DNA of 62,480 nt, filler included, from Choristocarpus tenellus KU-1152 (GCA_964200185.2; 11 parts of 11 records of this genome joined end to end with filler, not necessarily neighbours in it); one strand, 5' to 3'. Positions 47,440-60,722 are shown, counted from the first letter of the whole stretch. A program made the numbers and translations. Notes: a model not told the origin generated them from the letters alone.

Positions 47440-48850
47440 GTTCAGCCAAGGGGGTTGTGTGAGGCTTCACACCCTCTTACCTTCACTACTGAGAAATAGC
47501 ATTACCTCCCAAGGTAATTTGCACACTCTCAGAAGACATTGCCGAAATCATTGGCCAAGGCTGGGTAACCTGGGGAGGAATGACATCCCCTGCACCTGCC
47601 CCAGAGGTACATATCCTAGCTGCCCATGATGCCAGGGTCATAAGGAGGGCTCAACCTGAGATCACACGCCTCCTCAACAAGATCCGTTTTGAGACCTTCA
47701 GGACACCACTGGCCGGCCTTCCAAATGAGGCACACCAAGGGAGGGAAAGCTCCCCATTAGCCCTAGCGCACCACCGGAGTCAGTGTGGACAAGGGGCAAA
47801 CACGTGGGCCTCATCTCAACCTCTGGAACCAGCATGACAGGGTCCCCCCTCTGGAATTTTAGCTCACGGTCAGAAGATCCCTAGGGAGGGAGGAGGTTCT
47901 ATCCAACAGGTGCCCAGTGGTAGGATGCAGGAAGTAAAATGTTGATACCAGACATGCCCGTACCTGCCTCAGGGCAGGGAGACAGGTACGACAGCACACT
48001 CCAAAGGTAAAACGCCTACACCAACTATGCAAGGAGATGGGCATCCCTTGCACTACGGAGGACGGTAGCCCGTTCACAGGGCACAGGAATCTCCGCATGG
48101 ATCTGGTGCTCCATGCAGGGGCACTAAACAGCGGATCAAGATAATGGTGGATGGATCATTTCATGGAGGATGGATTTTTCCCAAAATGGTGCGCGGAAAG
48201 TGCCCACATGTTTGCAGCACATATGGAAGAGTTAAACTATCTTAAAGGGTACGAATTTTCCCCTGTTTGTCCATTATATGTGGGGCTTGGCTTCCCATTA
48301 TTTTTTTTATGACATTTTCCGAGTCCAAAATGTTTCGTAGTAGGTAAAATATATACATTTGTGGGGCTTGGCTTCCCATCCATGGGGTTTTTTATGACAT
48401 TTTCCTACTCCAAAATGTTTCATAGTAAACAGCGGATCAAGATAATGGCGAAGCCTAAACATGTGGGCACTTTCCGCGCACCATTTTGGGAAAAATCCAT
48501 CCTCCATGAAATGATCCATCCGCCATTATCTTGATCCGCTGTTACTAGCGGACGCCGGAACAGCTCCCTGCAGGGACAAAGGTCTTCTACTAGATGTCAC
48601 CTTTGCAGAGGTACAGGCAACCTCCCACCTAACCCACTCATCCACCAGCAATGGTATAGCTGCTGCTGCAGCCGAGGCACGAAGGTGTACCCACTACGAG
48701 TATTCTTTTGATCTTCGTAGTTATAACCTCAACACTTTCGCAGTGGAAATTTTTGGTGGCCTCAGCAAGCATGGGGAATGCGTCCTGGATGAGCTGACTA
48801 CTCACATGGTGGGGGGGAGAGGAACTGGAGGATTTAGCAGAAAAGGAGTA
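47440..48850 (+). mobile_element. Decayed RLE-type (CRE-like) non-LTR retrotransposon, 3' part, copy 1
   Basis: CPVVGC...HARTC zinc knuckle, R.H..V..L...G, RMDLV and LLDVTFA (restriction-like endonuclease pattern). Aligns with 50460-51635. Interrupted at 48127-48543. Confidence 0.7.
48127..48543. mobile_element. Foldback element with ~85-bp TIRs and TSD ACTA, containing MITE-A fragments
   Basis: AACAGCGGATCAAGATAATGG...GTGCCCACATGTTT is inverted at 48457-48543. ACTA lies at 48123-48126 and 48544-48547. The uninterrupted site is seen in copy 2 near 51123-51150. Confidence 0.88.
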
Positions 48851-48923
48851 GTTTTTCGAATTTTATTTTTATTACTAATTTATTACAACATCCATGTGAT
48901 ATGCTGTTGAAGGGTTAGGGTTA

Positions 48924-49182
48924 GAATCAAAGTATCTTAGAGGGTCGAGCCGCGTCCATTTGAGGGCCAAAATCCAAGGTTACAATTTTGATGTAATTTT
49001 GGCTATCATGTTTATTAGGAGATGTCAATATCCTTGCTCCGGACACGCCTTTTCATAATGTATACACTTTAACTAATCCGAAACATTTTGGAGTAGGTAA
49101 AATATCATTAAAAACCCGTGGGAAGCCAAGCCCCAAATGGACACACTGGGAAAAAGTCGTACCCTCTAGGATACTTTCACTC
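48924..49182. mobile_element. MITE family A, full length
   Basis: GAATCAAAGTATCTTAGAGGGT ... CCCTCTAGGATACTTTCACTC. Confidence 0.9.
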
Positions 49183-49475
49183 TTAGTTGGTGCTAAATCA
49201 CAGCTTTGCCGCTGTGATTTGATCACGATTTCTGCGCTCCCTCTAGAGTCTCCCATGTTATTTTTTCTTCCTCATTGGAGATGATGGTCCATGTTTTTGC
49301 ATACGTATCTCCTTGATGGAGTTAACAGAATTTCATGCTAAGACTAGGTAGTCCTTGCCCATGCCCCTTTTCACGTTGAAGACTTGCCCAGACGTGGTCA
49401 TATCTGATACATCGAAATTATGATCGTTCCATTTGCCCAGATATGATTTATTGGCTCACCCCTGATCAAGGTGAA

Positions 49476-49732
49476 GAGTGAAAGTATCTTAGAGGGTACG
49501 AGTTTTGCCCTGTTTGTCCATTTGGGGTATGGCTTCCCACGGATTTTTAATGACATTTTACCTACTTCGAAATGTTTTTGAGTAGGTAAAATGCATGTTA
49601 TGAAAAGGTGTGTCCGGAACAAGGATACTGACATCTCCTAACAAACACGATAGCCAAAATTACATCAAAATTCCACCATTGGATTTTGGTCCCCAAATGG
49701 ACGCGGCTCTACCCTCTAAGATACTTTGACTC
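49476..49732. mobile_element. MITE family A, full length, TSD TGAA
   Basis: GAGTGAAAGTATCTTAGAGGGTA ... TACCCTCTAAGATACTTTGACTC, with TGAA on both sides. Confidence 0.94.
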
Positions 49733-50459
49733 TGAAGCGGTACTGATTTGGTTACCACCAAATCAATCTTAGTTACAAGTGCTCAGTTGTGAGGCCTCAC
49801 GAAAAACACTTTTTGCTCTGCATTTTTGCAAATTTGCAGATATTTTTGTGTACACAACTGTCTTGCAAGACAGTATTTCCTTGTTTAGGGACTATTCTTT
49901 TTTTCTTCAATACTCATGTCAGTTTCTCTGCACACACATATTCTCCATTTCCCATTGACACCTGTGTTATTTTGATACCTGCATCAAACCACATAGGGGG
50001 GGGGGTGATGTGAGAGTCATCTTTCGAAGAAGGTACACCCTGAAGGTAACATATTGTGTAGAACCTGATATTTATATGACATTTGTTCTTGCATGTTGAA
50101 GGTCACATCTGCTTGAAGTAAGAACGGGTAGTTCGAGGGGACCTTGAAAAACCCCCCTCATTCAGTTACCACTTGTTCACTCCTTTCCCGAAAAACCTTC
50201 TGAGGAGTTGCTCTCCCTCTTGACTTGTCTCTCTCCTTTTCCTTGCCTCCTGTGGGTCTTTCCCCTCCCCTTCATTGCGAAGAACCTGTCGGCTTGTTTC
50301 CATCTGTTTCACACACACATAATAATATTTAATTTTTCCCCCGACACGTCTCAATAATGTTAAAGAGCATAATAATAATAATGTCATACCACACTACTCA
50401 TATCATATGTTAGTTTTATTGAAGGGAAATTCTAGAATTTAGGATAAAAAAATAACTTG

Positions 50460-51780
50460 CTCACAAGCCACCACAGTATGGGCTTTGGGATCATCCATCC
50501 AGACCCTCGTCTCTACAAGAGTCCCTTCAGAGGAGACTTAGCGGAAATGATTAGCCAAGATTGGGTAGCATGGGGGGGAACAACAACCCCTACACCTGCC
50601 CCAGAGGTCCATACTGGTACAGCCCATAATGTCAGGGTCAGGATCACAAGGAGGCCACAACACCAGATCACCCACCTTCTAAACAGGATCCACTTCGACC
50701 CTTTCTGGACGAAATTGGTCGTCTTACCTGATGAAACGGAGCAAGGGAAGGGACGTTCCTTGCTAGCCCTAGCCCACCACCAGAGGCAGTGTGGACAAGG
50801 GACAAATGTGTGGGCCTCCACACAACCCCTGGAACCAGCATGCCAGATCCCTCCCATAGAGTTTAGACTCACTGCCAGCAGATCCCTAGGGAGGGAGGAG
50901 GCCCTATCAAACAGGTGCCTGGTGGCTGGGTGCAGGAGGAAAAAATGTGGATACAAGACATCATGCACGTACCTACCCTAGGGCTGGAGGACAGGCTCTC
51001 CAACTCCCACACCGATGGTGAAGCATCTAGGTCAACTCTGCAAACGAATGGGCATCCCTTGCACTATGGACGACGGTAGCCCTTTCGCAGTTGATCAGAA
51101 CTTCCGCATGGATGCGGTGTTCCATGCTGGGGCCCTTGAGGACGCTGGATCAGCTAGCTCCCTACCGGGATACCGGGATAAAAGCCTCCTAAATGTTACT
51201 TTTGCAGAAGTGCAAGCAGCATCTCACCTACCCCACTCATCCACCAGGAATGGTGTAGCTGCTGCTCTGCTGGGGCATGGTAGTGCACCCACTACGAGGG
51301 CTCTTTTGAACCTTGTAGTTATAACCTCAACACCTTTGCGATGGACAGTAATGGGCGCCTTGGTAAGCAATTGGGAAGGTTTCTGGATGAGTTGGGTACG
51401 CACGTGGTTGGGGGTGAGGGGCAGGAGGCTACAGCAGGAAAGGGTCTGTCAAAACCCGTCTACGACAGATGGTATCTGTCCAAACACAAGTAGCTCTATC
51501 TCGACGTGTCGTGCATTTAAAGCTGGAGACACTAGGGAGATGGGCAAGAAGGGACTTGTTAGATTCTTGGGGTACTACCCTGGGGTGCAGGACGAAGCCA
51601 GGTTGGAGGCACAGGAAGGTAGGGGAGTAGCATAGGTATTGGAAAATAGTAGATAGATGATAGAAAAATGTATTTTAACATTTACGACAACTGTTACTTT
51701 TTTAGGGGTTCTTACATATTAATGGTTTTCATTGTTTTTTCCCCTGACATATCTGTAAAAAATCGGAGGGCATAATATAT
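50460..51780 (+). mobile_element. Decayed RLE-type non-LTR retrotransposon, 3' part with tail, copy 2
   Basis: Same motifs as copy 1 (NRCLVAGC, RMDAV, LNVTFA), followed by the ...GAGGGCATAAT tail. Confidence 0.7.
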
Positions 51781-51839
51781 ACATTTCAGAGGAATTGTGT
51801 AGTTTGGTGTAGGGGTCCCAAATGGGGTGGAGCGTCCCT

Positions 51840-52530
51840 TATTGGACCACCAAAGCTCTACAGTGGGTCCAGTCTATCTTTTCCTCCCGCAGCTCTCTGG
51901 ATAACAAGTATCCATATCTACAAGGGATATCAACTGCACCACAATAGCTGCTTTCGAAGAGCTGAAAACTGATCTGCACGAAGTAGGCATCGCCCTCAGG
52001 ATGCACAAGACCTTTGCTGCACCTCCCCAGGGCCACCAGCCCACGCCCTCAAAACTAGAACTTCTGACCACACGGGAATCAACCTGGCCCCGAACCCAAA
52101 GGGCTTTGCTACACTAGGGGCTCCAGTGGGAACAGATGGATTCATCCAAGCCCACATGGCTGGAGTGATCGAGAGCCCTGGGGCACGAATGCTGGCCACG
52201 TATCTGAGTGAGATGGAGGATAAACAAATTGCCTGTCTCCTCAACTCCTGGCCCCCATCAACCCGCTTAGGGTTTTTGGAAAGGGTCACTCCCCCCACCT
52301 GGTATGCTCCACTATGGAACAAGCGGACAACGTCTTTCTGTGGACGCTTGTGAAAATAATGAAGGTAGCAAACTCAGCTGGAGCCACTAGCTTCTTCGAA
52401 GGGTGTGTGAAAATGAGTGTCTTCGCCTGGAAACATATCAACAAGTACAGGCACAGATGCCCACGAGTTCAGGGGGGTTGGGCCTATCCTCCAAGAAACA
52501 TCGCCAGCATGCAGGCTTTGTAGGATCACT
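51840..52530 (+). pseudogene. RT/thumb-region fragment, probably of the same RLE-type element (copy 3)
   Basis: GFATLGAPVGTDGFIQAH (G...LG.P.G motif typical of the CRE-like RT thumb). Broken frames. Confidence 0.55.
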
Positions 52531-52537
52531 GTTGGTC

Positions 52538-52647
52538 GAGCCAAATTATCTTTGAGGGTAGAGCCGCGTCCATTTCGGGGTCAAAATTCAATGTTGCGAT
52601 TTTGATGTAATTTTGGCTATTATGTTTGTTAGGAAGTGTCAATATCT
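52538..52647. mobile_element. MITE family A, cut by gap
   Basis: GAGCCAAATTATCTTTGAGGGTAGAGCCGCGTCCATTT. Confidence 0.85.
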
Positions 52648-53221
52648 NNNNNNNNNNNNNNNNNNNNNNNNNNNNNNNNNNNNNNNNNNNNTTAATTAAT
52701 TAANNNNNNNNNNNNNNNNNNNNNNNNNNNNNNNNNNNNNNNNNNNNCTCCCTAGCTCCCCCCCTCGGGGCACTGGGGTAGGTAGATGGGAGGCAAAGGA
52801 AGACAGTAGTACAATATTTGATAGTGGTGAAGTAAGTGATAGATTAGTGGTTGCCACACTTACAATGTTTTATAGTGCTCTTACGTTTAGGATATTTTAT
52901 TTCTTTAGGGCTAATAACGACATATGTATAGCTTTCATTGGTTTCCTCCTCCCTGATACATTTGCAAAATGTCAGAGGGCATAATAATAAAATATATTAT
53001 AGGATAGTTTTTAGTGAGTCAACGTAACAATCTCCTTGAGACAGTATCCGACTAAATAGTCTAAAACACATCAAACTTAGCCAATGTGACAGATTGTCAG
53101 GTTCGCTAACAAATCTGAGAAATATGAGTTATTAGAACAACAGTGACGATGCTTACACTTGCTAAAAAAAAGGTGCCTAATTAATGGACGGATTGAAATT
53201 GTATTGTTGACGTAGGTATTA

Positions 53222-53397
53222 GGCTCAAAGTATCTGGAGGGGGAGATGGCTGTCCATTTGGGGCCAACTTTTTTATGTTGTGATTTTTGTGTGATTCGGT
53301 TGCATACGTCGGATGGATGTAAGTGCATTTTTTTTCTGATTTTGGTCCAAATGGACACCCTGGTGTAGAGCCCCCCACCCCCCAGACACCTTGGGTT
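53222..53397. mobile_element. MITE family B, full length
   Basis: GGCTCAAAGTATCTGGAGGGGG ... CCCCAGACACCTTGGGTT. Confidence 0.88.
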
Positions 53398-54358
53398 TCA
53401 ATATATCGTATCAAGTCATGTTCATCTACATTATCAGATAGATGGTTGTATTGAATACCACATGGAAGGTATCTCCTTTTTGGTCTGTGTTATGGTTGAA
53501 ACTTTGTCCTTGACAGATTGCTGACATTGACATGTCCAACTGGGTCTACTCTTCACGAGGAACCTGATGGTGATATCCCCACTTTGATTATTCATCCTAT
53601 GGGAAATCTGTAGAGTGAGTGTACACGTTGTCTTGGTTGTTCTGAATGGTGTCTCAAGCCAGGGCATGCTAGACATAGCTGGTATGGTACAGCACAGTGC
53701 ACACACTGCATATACCGAGAGGTTGCACTGTGTCCAACAAAGAGGCTAAGGGGCTTCACTAGAGCTTTCCTTCAACATTCGTTGTGGTGGAATTTCAGTA
53801 CCTGCTGCTGATGGAGGGGTGGTGCAAGTTACGAGGAGAGAGCCAGAGATGGAGCAGTCAGCACAAGTAAGTGCAAGTTGATTGACTCCTTCAAGATGAC
53901 GCCACGCCTTCAAGTGGGTAATGTGAGAAGTGGCTTCAATGATTTGCTACTTCTTAAGTGGTGGCAGGAGTGAGCTTCATCGTTTTCATACCCATTCCAA
54001 CTTGCCTGCTGTATTTTCATCATTATTCATGTTTTGCAGGCAGACTTGGAGCATGTGTTCTCACCATAATTTGGGTGGGGATATTGCTGTACACAGTGAA
54101 AAAAAATCGTTATGACATGGAGAGTCTATAGTTGTTTCTGGTCTTCATACAGATCATCCGGCTCAAGGTGGATGCATAAATGTACGGGAGGATGCCAAGA
54201 ATGCCAGGAAGGTAGTTGATACCTGATGAACTGAGGAGTCCACATCCGTATCAGCAGGACTTAACCACATGTATATTTCCTAGGACTACCACTCATAAGT
54301 AGTCATAGAGGATAGCACCTGTTGTATCATTTGTCACTAGGTTTTTATAATTTCAATT

Positions 54359-54534
54359 GGCTCGAAGCATCTGGGGGGGGGGTCTACACCAGGGTATCCA
54401 TTTGGGCCATAACCAGGAAAAGTTCACTTACATTATCCATCCGACGTATGCACAACCCAATCACACAAAAATCAAGACATGAAAAAAATCAGCCCCAAAT
54501 GGACAGCCGCCACTCCCCCCAGATACTTTGAGCC
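54359..54534. mobile_element. MITE family B, full length
   Basis: GGCTCGAAGCATCTG(G)n ... CCCCAGATACTTTGAGCC. Flanks AATT/ATTT. Confidence 0.9.
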
Positions 54535-56449
54535 ATTTTGTTCTAATTACTGTAATCAAGTTCCTTGTATTAAAATGCCTTCTTACTCAGTAATTCTTTG
54601 TACTTGTGTAAACAATCCTCCCCCTTGATTGTCTTCGTTGTATATGTCCTATTGTATGCACTCAACTCGAATGTCATCTCAAGAGTGTTGGTGAGTATGT
54701 TAAAATGATACGGAAACGGTTATCAATCCCTCTTCTCATCCCTTCACCCACTAACTCTAAACCCTTTCTAGAGGTGTTCTCACATCAAGAAGTGACAACA
54801 CAGACTGCATGAGCAAAGAATGAGCAACAGTAATGCACCCCACTCGCATTCTTTGTGGTGATCCTAGCAGGCAAGCACTTTCTCCACCCAGTCCTCAGAA
54901 TGTAACACAGATATCAGGTCTACCACCTAAGACCATAAAAGTTCAAGGAGAGGCAAATGTATATATATATCCACTCACAGTTGTGTATCAGAATACCAGG
55001 TCACGTTTCGTACATCCATCGGCAGCACCATAGATACCGCCACCATAACATGTATGTATTATGTATTGTGTTAAAACTCTAGAGTATTTCACTATAGAGA
55101 CAAAAAAACTGTAACATATTTCTGCTGCATGGTGCACTTCCAAGCACCAGGTACTTTTTTTTTTTCTCTTTTTTTTTTTTTTGAGTGAGTGCAATCGCCA
55201 CTGCACATGCGTAAAGGGTAGCAACGGCAGCCGCACTCTTCTTACCAAAACATAACTATTCTATTAACGTATACGCACAGTAGCTATCTGCCATGCAAGT
55301 AGAGCACGCACTTACAACAAAACAGAGTTGTGGACCTACTACCCCCATGCTGATCAGCTGCCAAGCCATTTCCGGCAGAGCTATCACGGCAACCAACCCC
55401 AGACAAGTCGCTTCGCCATGCAAAAGGCACCAAAGGCAGGCATGCAGGCACACGGACAAGGACTTAGGGAAGGGGATCATATGCAGTGGGGTACCCCTTC
55501 TCATGTCACAAGTAGCACATTACACAGAAAATATTCTGTAAGAAGAGACAAAAGCCAAGTCTACTCAGGCACACATTCAACACCTAAGACTTGAAACCAT
55601 TGTCACCGTGACAACTTGATGTCAAGAAGGAGAGTGAAATACCACTGTCACCATACAAAATACAGACAAGCTTCAAGCAACGATACAATTCTATTGCTTT
55701 GCTTCAACGCCATCCTTTGTGTCTAAAAGGCCCCCCAGGTATTCTCCTCCTTAAATCATCACCACTTACGCAGTCCATCACCACAGGAATATGATATTGC
55801 CGCAGTATACATAGCTCTACATGTATTATATACTTACTTTTCTGTATGCATCTGTGGCGACCTAACTCACTACCATTACAGTCACACACACACACACACG
55901 CACCCTCTTGCCTTGACTATTGCCACAAAATATTTACTTCAAGAACCCAACGACAATAATCGACCAACAAGCGCGTCACCAATCAGAGGTTCAGCTACCC
56001 CGCCAGAAGGAACTTTAACTACAAATTGTGCACATCAAATACCAAAGCAGCAAGAAGCTGGTATTGCGGCACCCACCATGGGGCCGTATTTGTTGGTAGG
56101 CGTGGCAGGGTTCTTATGAAAGAAAACATTGATTTGAAAAGGCTTGTCCACTGCCTTCCCCTGCACCTAACCTAGAAACATAATTTTACTCTGACTACAA
56201 GTAGCCGGCAAATACATCGCTTCACAGCTGGCCGAAGGCATAAAAGAACCCCCCCTCCACCCCCAAATAAATCCATCTAACAACACCCACTCAACTCCAA
56301 AGTCCAATCACACCACCTTACATACGACTAATAACCCCCTCCCCCCCCCTCTCCACAGCACAAGGAAGACAACTTCAAAAACCTATAATCTGTTTATCCC
56401 GTAGCAACAGCGTCCCCATGCCTATTTCCCATTTCGCCTTCAAAATCTT

Positions 56450-57748
56450 TCACGCCCTCCTTCCCCTCTTTCCCAGATCTGCTGCTGCAGGAATCCCCCT
56501 CAGCTGTGCAACCTCCTCACCTGCAACTGGCCCACCCCCCCAGCCTCTTCCGGCCCCACTCCCTGCATGACCCCCTCCCCCTGGCGGTGACACTGCCCCA
56601 TGACCTCCTGGTGCTCCTGTACTATCTTCGCTATCAATGCTATCACGAGCACCTGATCCTGCCCCCACCCCAGTCCATGTAGCTCTCACAACTGTTGGTG
56701 AGTCATAGCATGTGATTGGGGAGTATGTCCAGTCCCCAGAGGCAGAAGGCGCCCTTATTGGGTCCCTGTCCTCCCAGCTAGCTAGCCTCATCATCCCCCC
56801 AGCCCCGTCCCCAATACTGTTACCCTCTGCTCTCAAGATATTGACATTGTTGAAGTTGATTTGGCTTGGGCTTGGCCCCGGGCTCACCGCAAACGCCAAC
56901 CCCTGGAGAACACTCTCCCGAGCATCTGCCTGGTACTCTCCTTCCATGGATGGAGAGTCAGGTGCAGGGTTTTCTGGTTCCTCTTCTCCTAGATACCTTT
57001 CAATGGTGCCTGTTTCCTCCTTGTTTGCAACATCCGAGATCTTCTCCTCCTTGACTTCTGAGTCACTTCCCTCGTGGTCATCCCAACCCTCTCCCTTATC
57101 ATCCTCTTCTTCTTCCCCCCTCTCAATAGAAACAGCAACCGTGCGGTGCTCTACCTCTTCATTCCCACTTCCTTCCTCCCCCTCTTCTTCCCTAGACCAT
57201 CCCTCCTTTCCCTTCTTCACCCCTGCTTCCACCTCCACCAAACTCCCTTGTCCCAGCAGTGCCAACAGATCTTCCCCTCCTTGGTCCTCCTCCCCCACTG
57301 ACATCACGGGCGAGGGCAAGAGTGGGGGCAGAGCTGGGGGCTCCATAACAATGAGGTCAGAGAAATCAGGGAGGTTGGAGGGCGGCACCCGCTCGCACAA
57401 AGCTAAGTAGGCGTTTCCCTTGCACCCAAGGTTGTAAGGGTTAGGGTGGTTGCTGTAGACGCCTGCATAATTTTCGAAACCCAGATCACAGTGCAGAGCG
57501 GGATGGGCACCATGTGACAAATGGAAACACGGCGGCAAAGCTGGTTGTAACTTGTGGGGGGATGAAAATCAGTCTTTTTGGGAGTCTATCTACATACACT
57601 CTTTCACACAAACTCGTAAAGCACATACCACGCATGTCCTCGTTGGTAGTCTCTCCCTTGGAGAGGAGGCCCAGGTGGTAGGCACAGAGGCGGGATAGGG
57701 AGCTTCCCACAGCAAGGGAAACTGCGGCCACCACCATATCAAATGGAT
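56450..57748 (-). CDS. DHHC-type S-acyltransferase (palmitoyltransferase), last two exons
   Basis: Exon 57748-57629: TM helix then YHLGLLSKGETTNEDMRG (TTxE motif). Exon 57462-56450: VYSNHPNPYNLGCKGN.Y..LC..VPPS (PaCCT-like motif) plus a long acidic/Gly tail. The DHHC motif itself lies beyond the contig end. Confidence 0.8.
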
Positions 57749-58099
57749 CTGAAAAAAGATGAAGTGTACGGATGTTCTATTTGTTGACACATTGCAATGA
57801 TACAAAAAAAGCATTTCAGACCCCATGCATGGAGACCCTATCCACTACAAAGCACAATGAACATCATTGGGAGCAGTGGTGACTAGCTATTCATGGGACT
57901 GACATGGTACCAAGCAATTGGTGCCTTTACTGTGCTAGCGAAGGATGCTTCCCCTCGGAGGTCAGCAAGTAACCCCCNNNNNNNNNNNNNNNNNNNNNNN
58001 NNNNNNNNNNNNNNNNNNNNNTTAATTAATTAANNNNNNNNNNNNNNNNNNNNNNNNNNNNNNNNNNNNNNNNNNNNTGTGTGAGTGGTGGAGGTGGTG

Positions 58100-58282
58100 G
58101 GTGGGGGGGGGGGGGGGGGGGGGGGGGGGGATTACATCAGGGTGTCCATTCGGACCCTGATCAGGAGAAATGAACTTACATTATCCACCTGACGTATGCA
58201 ATCAAATCACACGATAATCGCGATATGGGAAAATGGGCCCTGAATGGACACCTGCCACCCCTCCCCCCAAATAATTTTAACC
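58100..58282. mobile_element. MITE family B at contig start
   Basis: (G)n ATTACATCAGGGTGTCCATTCGG...TGGACACCTGCCACCCC. Confidence 0.82.
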
Positions 58283-60722
58283 AATAACTGACATGATGTC
58301 ATGATAAGCCACTTAGGCAATGCTACATCTCATAGGTGTCCTCAAAGGTTCAATACTAAATTAAGTCTTGTGTCGATTCACTAAGGTTTGCCCAAGGGAA
58401 ATTTTTCCAGAAGAACACCCGACAGGAGCCAGATGATGATCTAACCCACACATGGGGTGTCATCAAGAAGTGCAGTATCTCATGCTTGTTTCTAATATAA
58501 TTTGTTTTATCACTGGAGTGGGTTGTGTTCGAGGAGTAGGTACACGTCCAGAAAAATTTGCTGATGGAATGGCTGAGGAACAGGCATGTATACCTAGCTA
58601 GCTGACTGTTTTCTCAATCTGCAGTGGAGGTGTTGTGAGGAGGTGAACAATGCTGCAGGCATCGACTGAAGGTGAAGGGTATGTTGTACTTGGTAATCCC
58701 TACACAGTGTATGTGTTGTGAGCCAAACCAATTGAGAGGTAGGGAGGGTTGCATTTTAAGGATCCCGACAAAGGGCAAGAAAATGCCGTTTTTTACTATT
58801 GCAGAAAGAGCCTTCGCTTAATTGTAGTGTCGCTTTGTGTGTTGAAAGGGGGGGATATCAATTTTGCGTATAGTGTTGTACTCATGAAACAATGAAATAG
58901 AGTGTATTGCACAGGGTAAAAACGATGGCTTGAAATGGCAATAGGGTCCGATCCTGCCTACCTCTGGGAATTGGTTTGGTTATTTGTTCGAACACTTTTT
59001 GCTACAGGTGAAAGCCCTTCCATGCTCAACACAAGTATTGCATTATTTTATCGATGTCACTTTTTTTATTGAAGTATTCAAGTGTATTAGCCAGAGAAGG
59101 TGGCTACTTCACCAACCAGGACGCTTGGTGTTCAACAGAACGAACCCTGGTCCATCAACACATCTTAGGAGAACATTACAAATATTGTCAGTACAACAAA
59201 TGTAGACATTTTTTCAACATGCACAGTGCACACGATTTAATGTATGTGTGCCACTATCATGCATGTATGCATTGAAGATATATGTGACATAAAGTTGGTT
59301 AATTGTTTATCAAAGTGGTTTCGAGAGCAGACCAGCAAGAGCATCTGAAGCCTGCGGTTGGATTGCAACATGAACTAAGTTTAAACAAATTAATATGCAT
59401 TTAAAGTAACAAATCACAGTCTGCTATTATGGCCCACCCATCTGTTCAGAGGAGGCAATAATTGCCCAACCAAAGGAAGAACAAGGTAAGGAGGACATTG
59501 GAACGGATGCCTAATGCCAACAAAATTGTTGTCAAAATATTCATATTGGTGCATGTGTTCGCTTCTCAACACAGTCTCATGCAAGGGTTTGATTTTGTGC
59601 ATTTGAAGTAGGCCCATAGATGTATCCTATGCTACAAGTGAAGACAGATCTTAGGTAGGCCTCTCCTTGAGCCAAACCTCGAACAAGTATCACTGCACCC
59701 CCCTCTTTTCTATGGCTGACCTGCTCATGAACACAATGATGGGTTCACCCCTAGGTATCTATGATTATTGGCAGTAGATTTAAAAATTATGCTGTTTATT
59801 AGTGAGCAGAAGTATCCAAAATGGGGGTAATTTTTTGCCCTCTTTATCGGATTTTTGGGGGACATTCAATTGTGATGTCTGACAATTACAGGATGGTAAT
59901 GATAGTGATATACAATTGTTTGATACTGCGAAGTATATATTTCTATTTTGGGTTCACTCTTGTTTCGTGTTCGTTTTTTCTTGTTAATTGGAAAAATTAG
60001 TGTACTCTAGGCCGATTGCCCTAGTTCGTTCTGTTTCGTGTTCTGGTGCACAAGCAAACCTGTCCACTAGTCCATAGACTGACCCATTTTTACAATTCGT
60101 AAGTTTAAATAGAACTGATCACACCCTTACGCAACATCAAAATAGAAGCATATAGCCCTGACGACCCACCCATGAAATACGGAAAATCTTCGTGTACGCT
60201 CGACTTGGAAATCAGCACTCATCGGAATTGTACCACGCTATGCATTTACCCCCAAATGGTACAAGCAATTCCTCATAAACATGTCAACATTTTTCCTGTA
60301 GTGATACCGTGCTGCTGACTAAGTGGAACCTTATTTTTATTTAATCGCCTCGCCTGTATATCTCAGGACTTTTTTTTCTTTCGAATATAATCAACGTTTC
60401 GAAACATGTGACGACAACCATCCCTTACCAAGCAGGTTCGTTTCGTTTTTCTCACGAAAGGGTGGTAGGGACTTCAGCCCGCCCATGAAGTGTTTTCCGT
60501 AGGGCCGCATGCCATTTTGTTGGCTTAGCCATCGAATGATGTGTCACATGAAGCGTTTTTCCTTTGAGGGTATGATAGATTAGGAGATTGTATACTGGCA
60601 CCAATATTTGCCATGTACAATAGACTGAACCACAAGGGCAACGGTTGGGCATTGCCTGACCACCCAGTGCACCCGTACATATTGATCCACTTACTCTTGT
60701 TTATTTACTGGCTGTAACAAAC

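Noticed and set aside
48911-48924. AGGGTTAGGGTTAG telomere-like motif (also CCCTAACCCTAA near 44930 and 46064)
   Set aside because: Only about two units each, too short to call interstitial telomeres or targeting.
56712-57410. 232-aa Ser-rich ORF
   Set aside because: Antisense shadow of the acidic DHHC tail.
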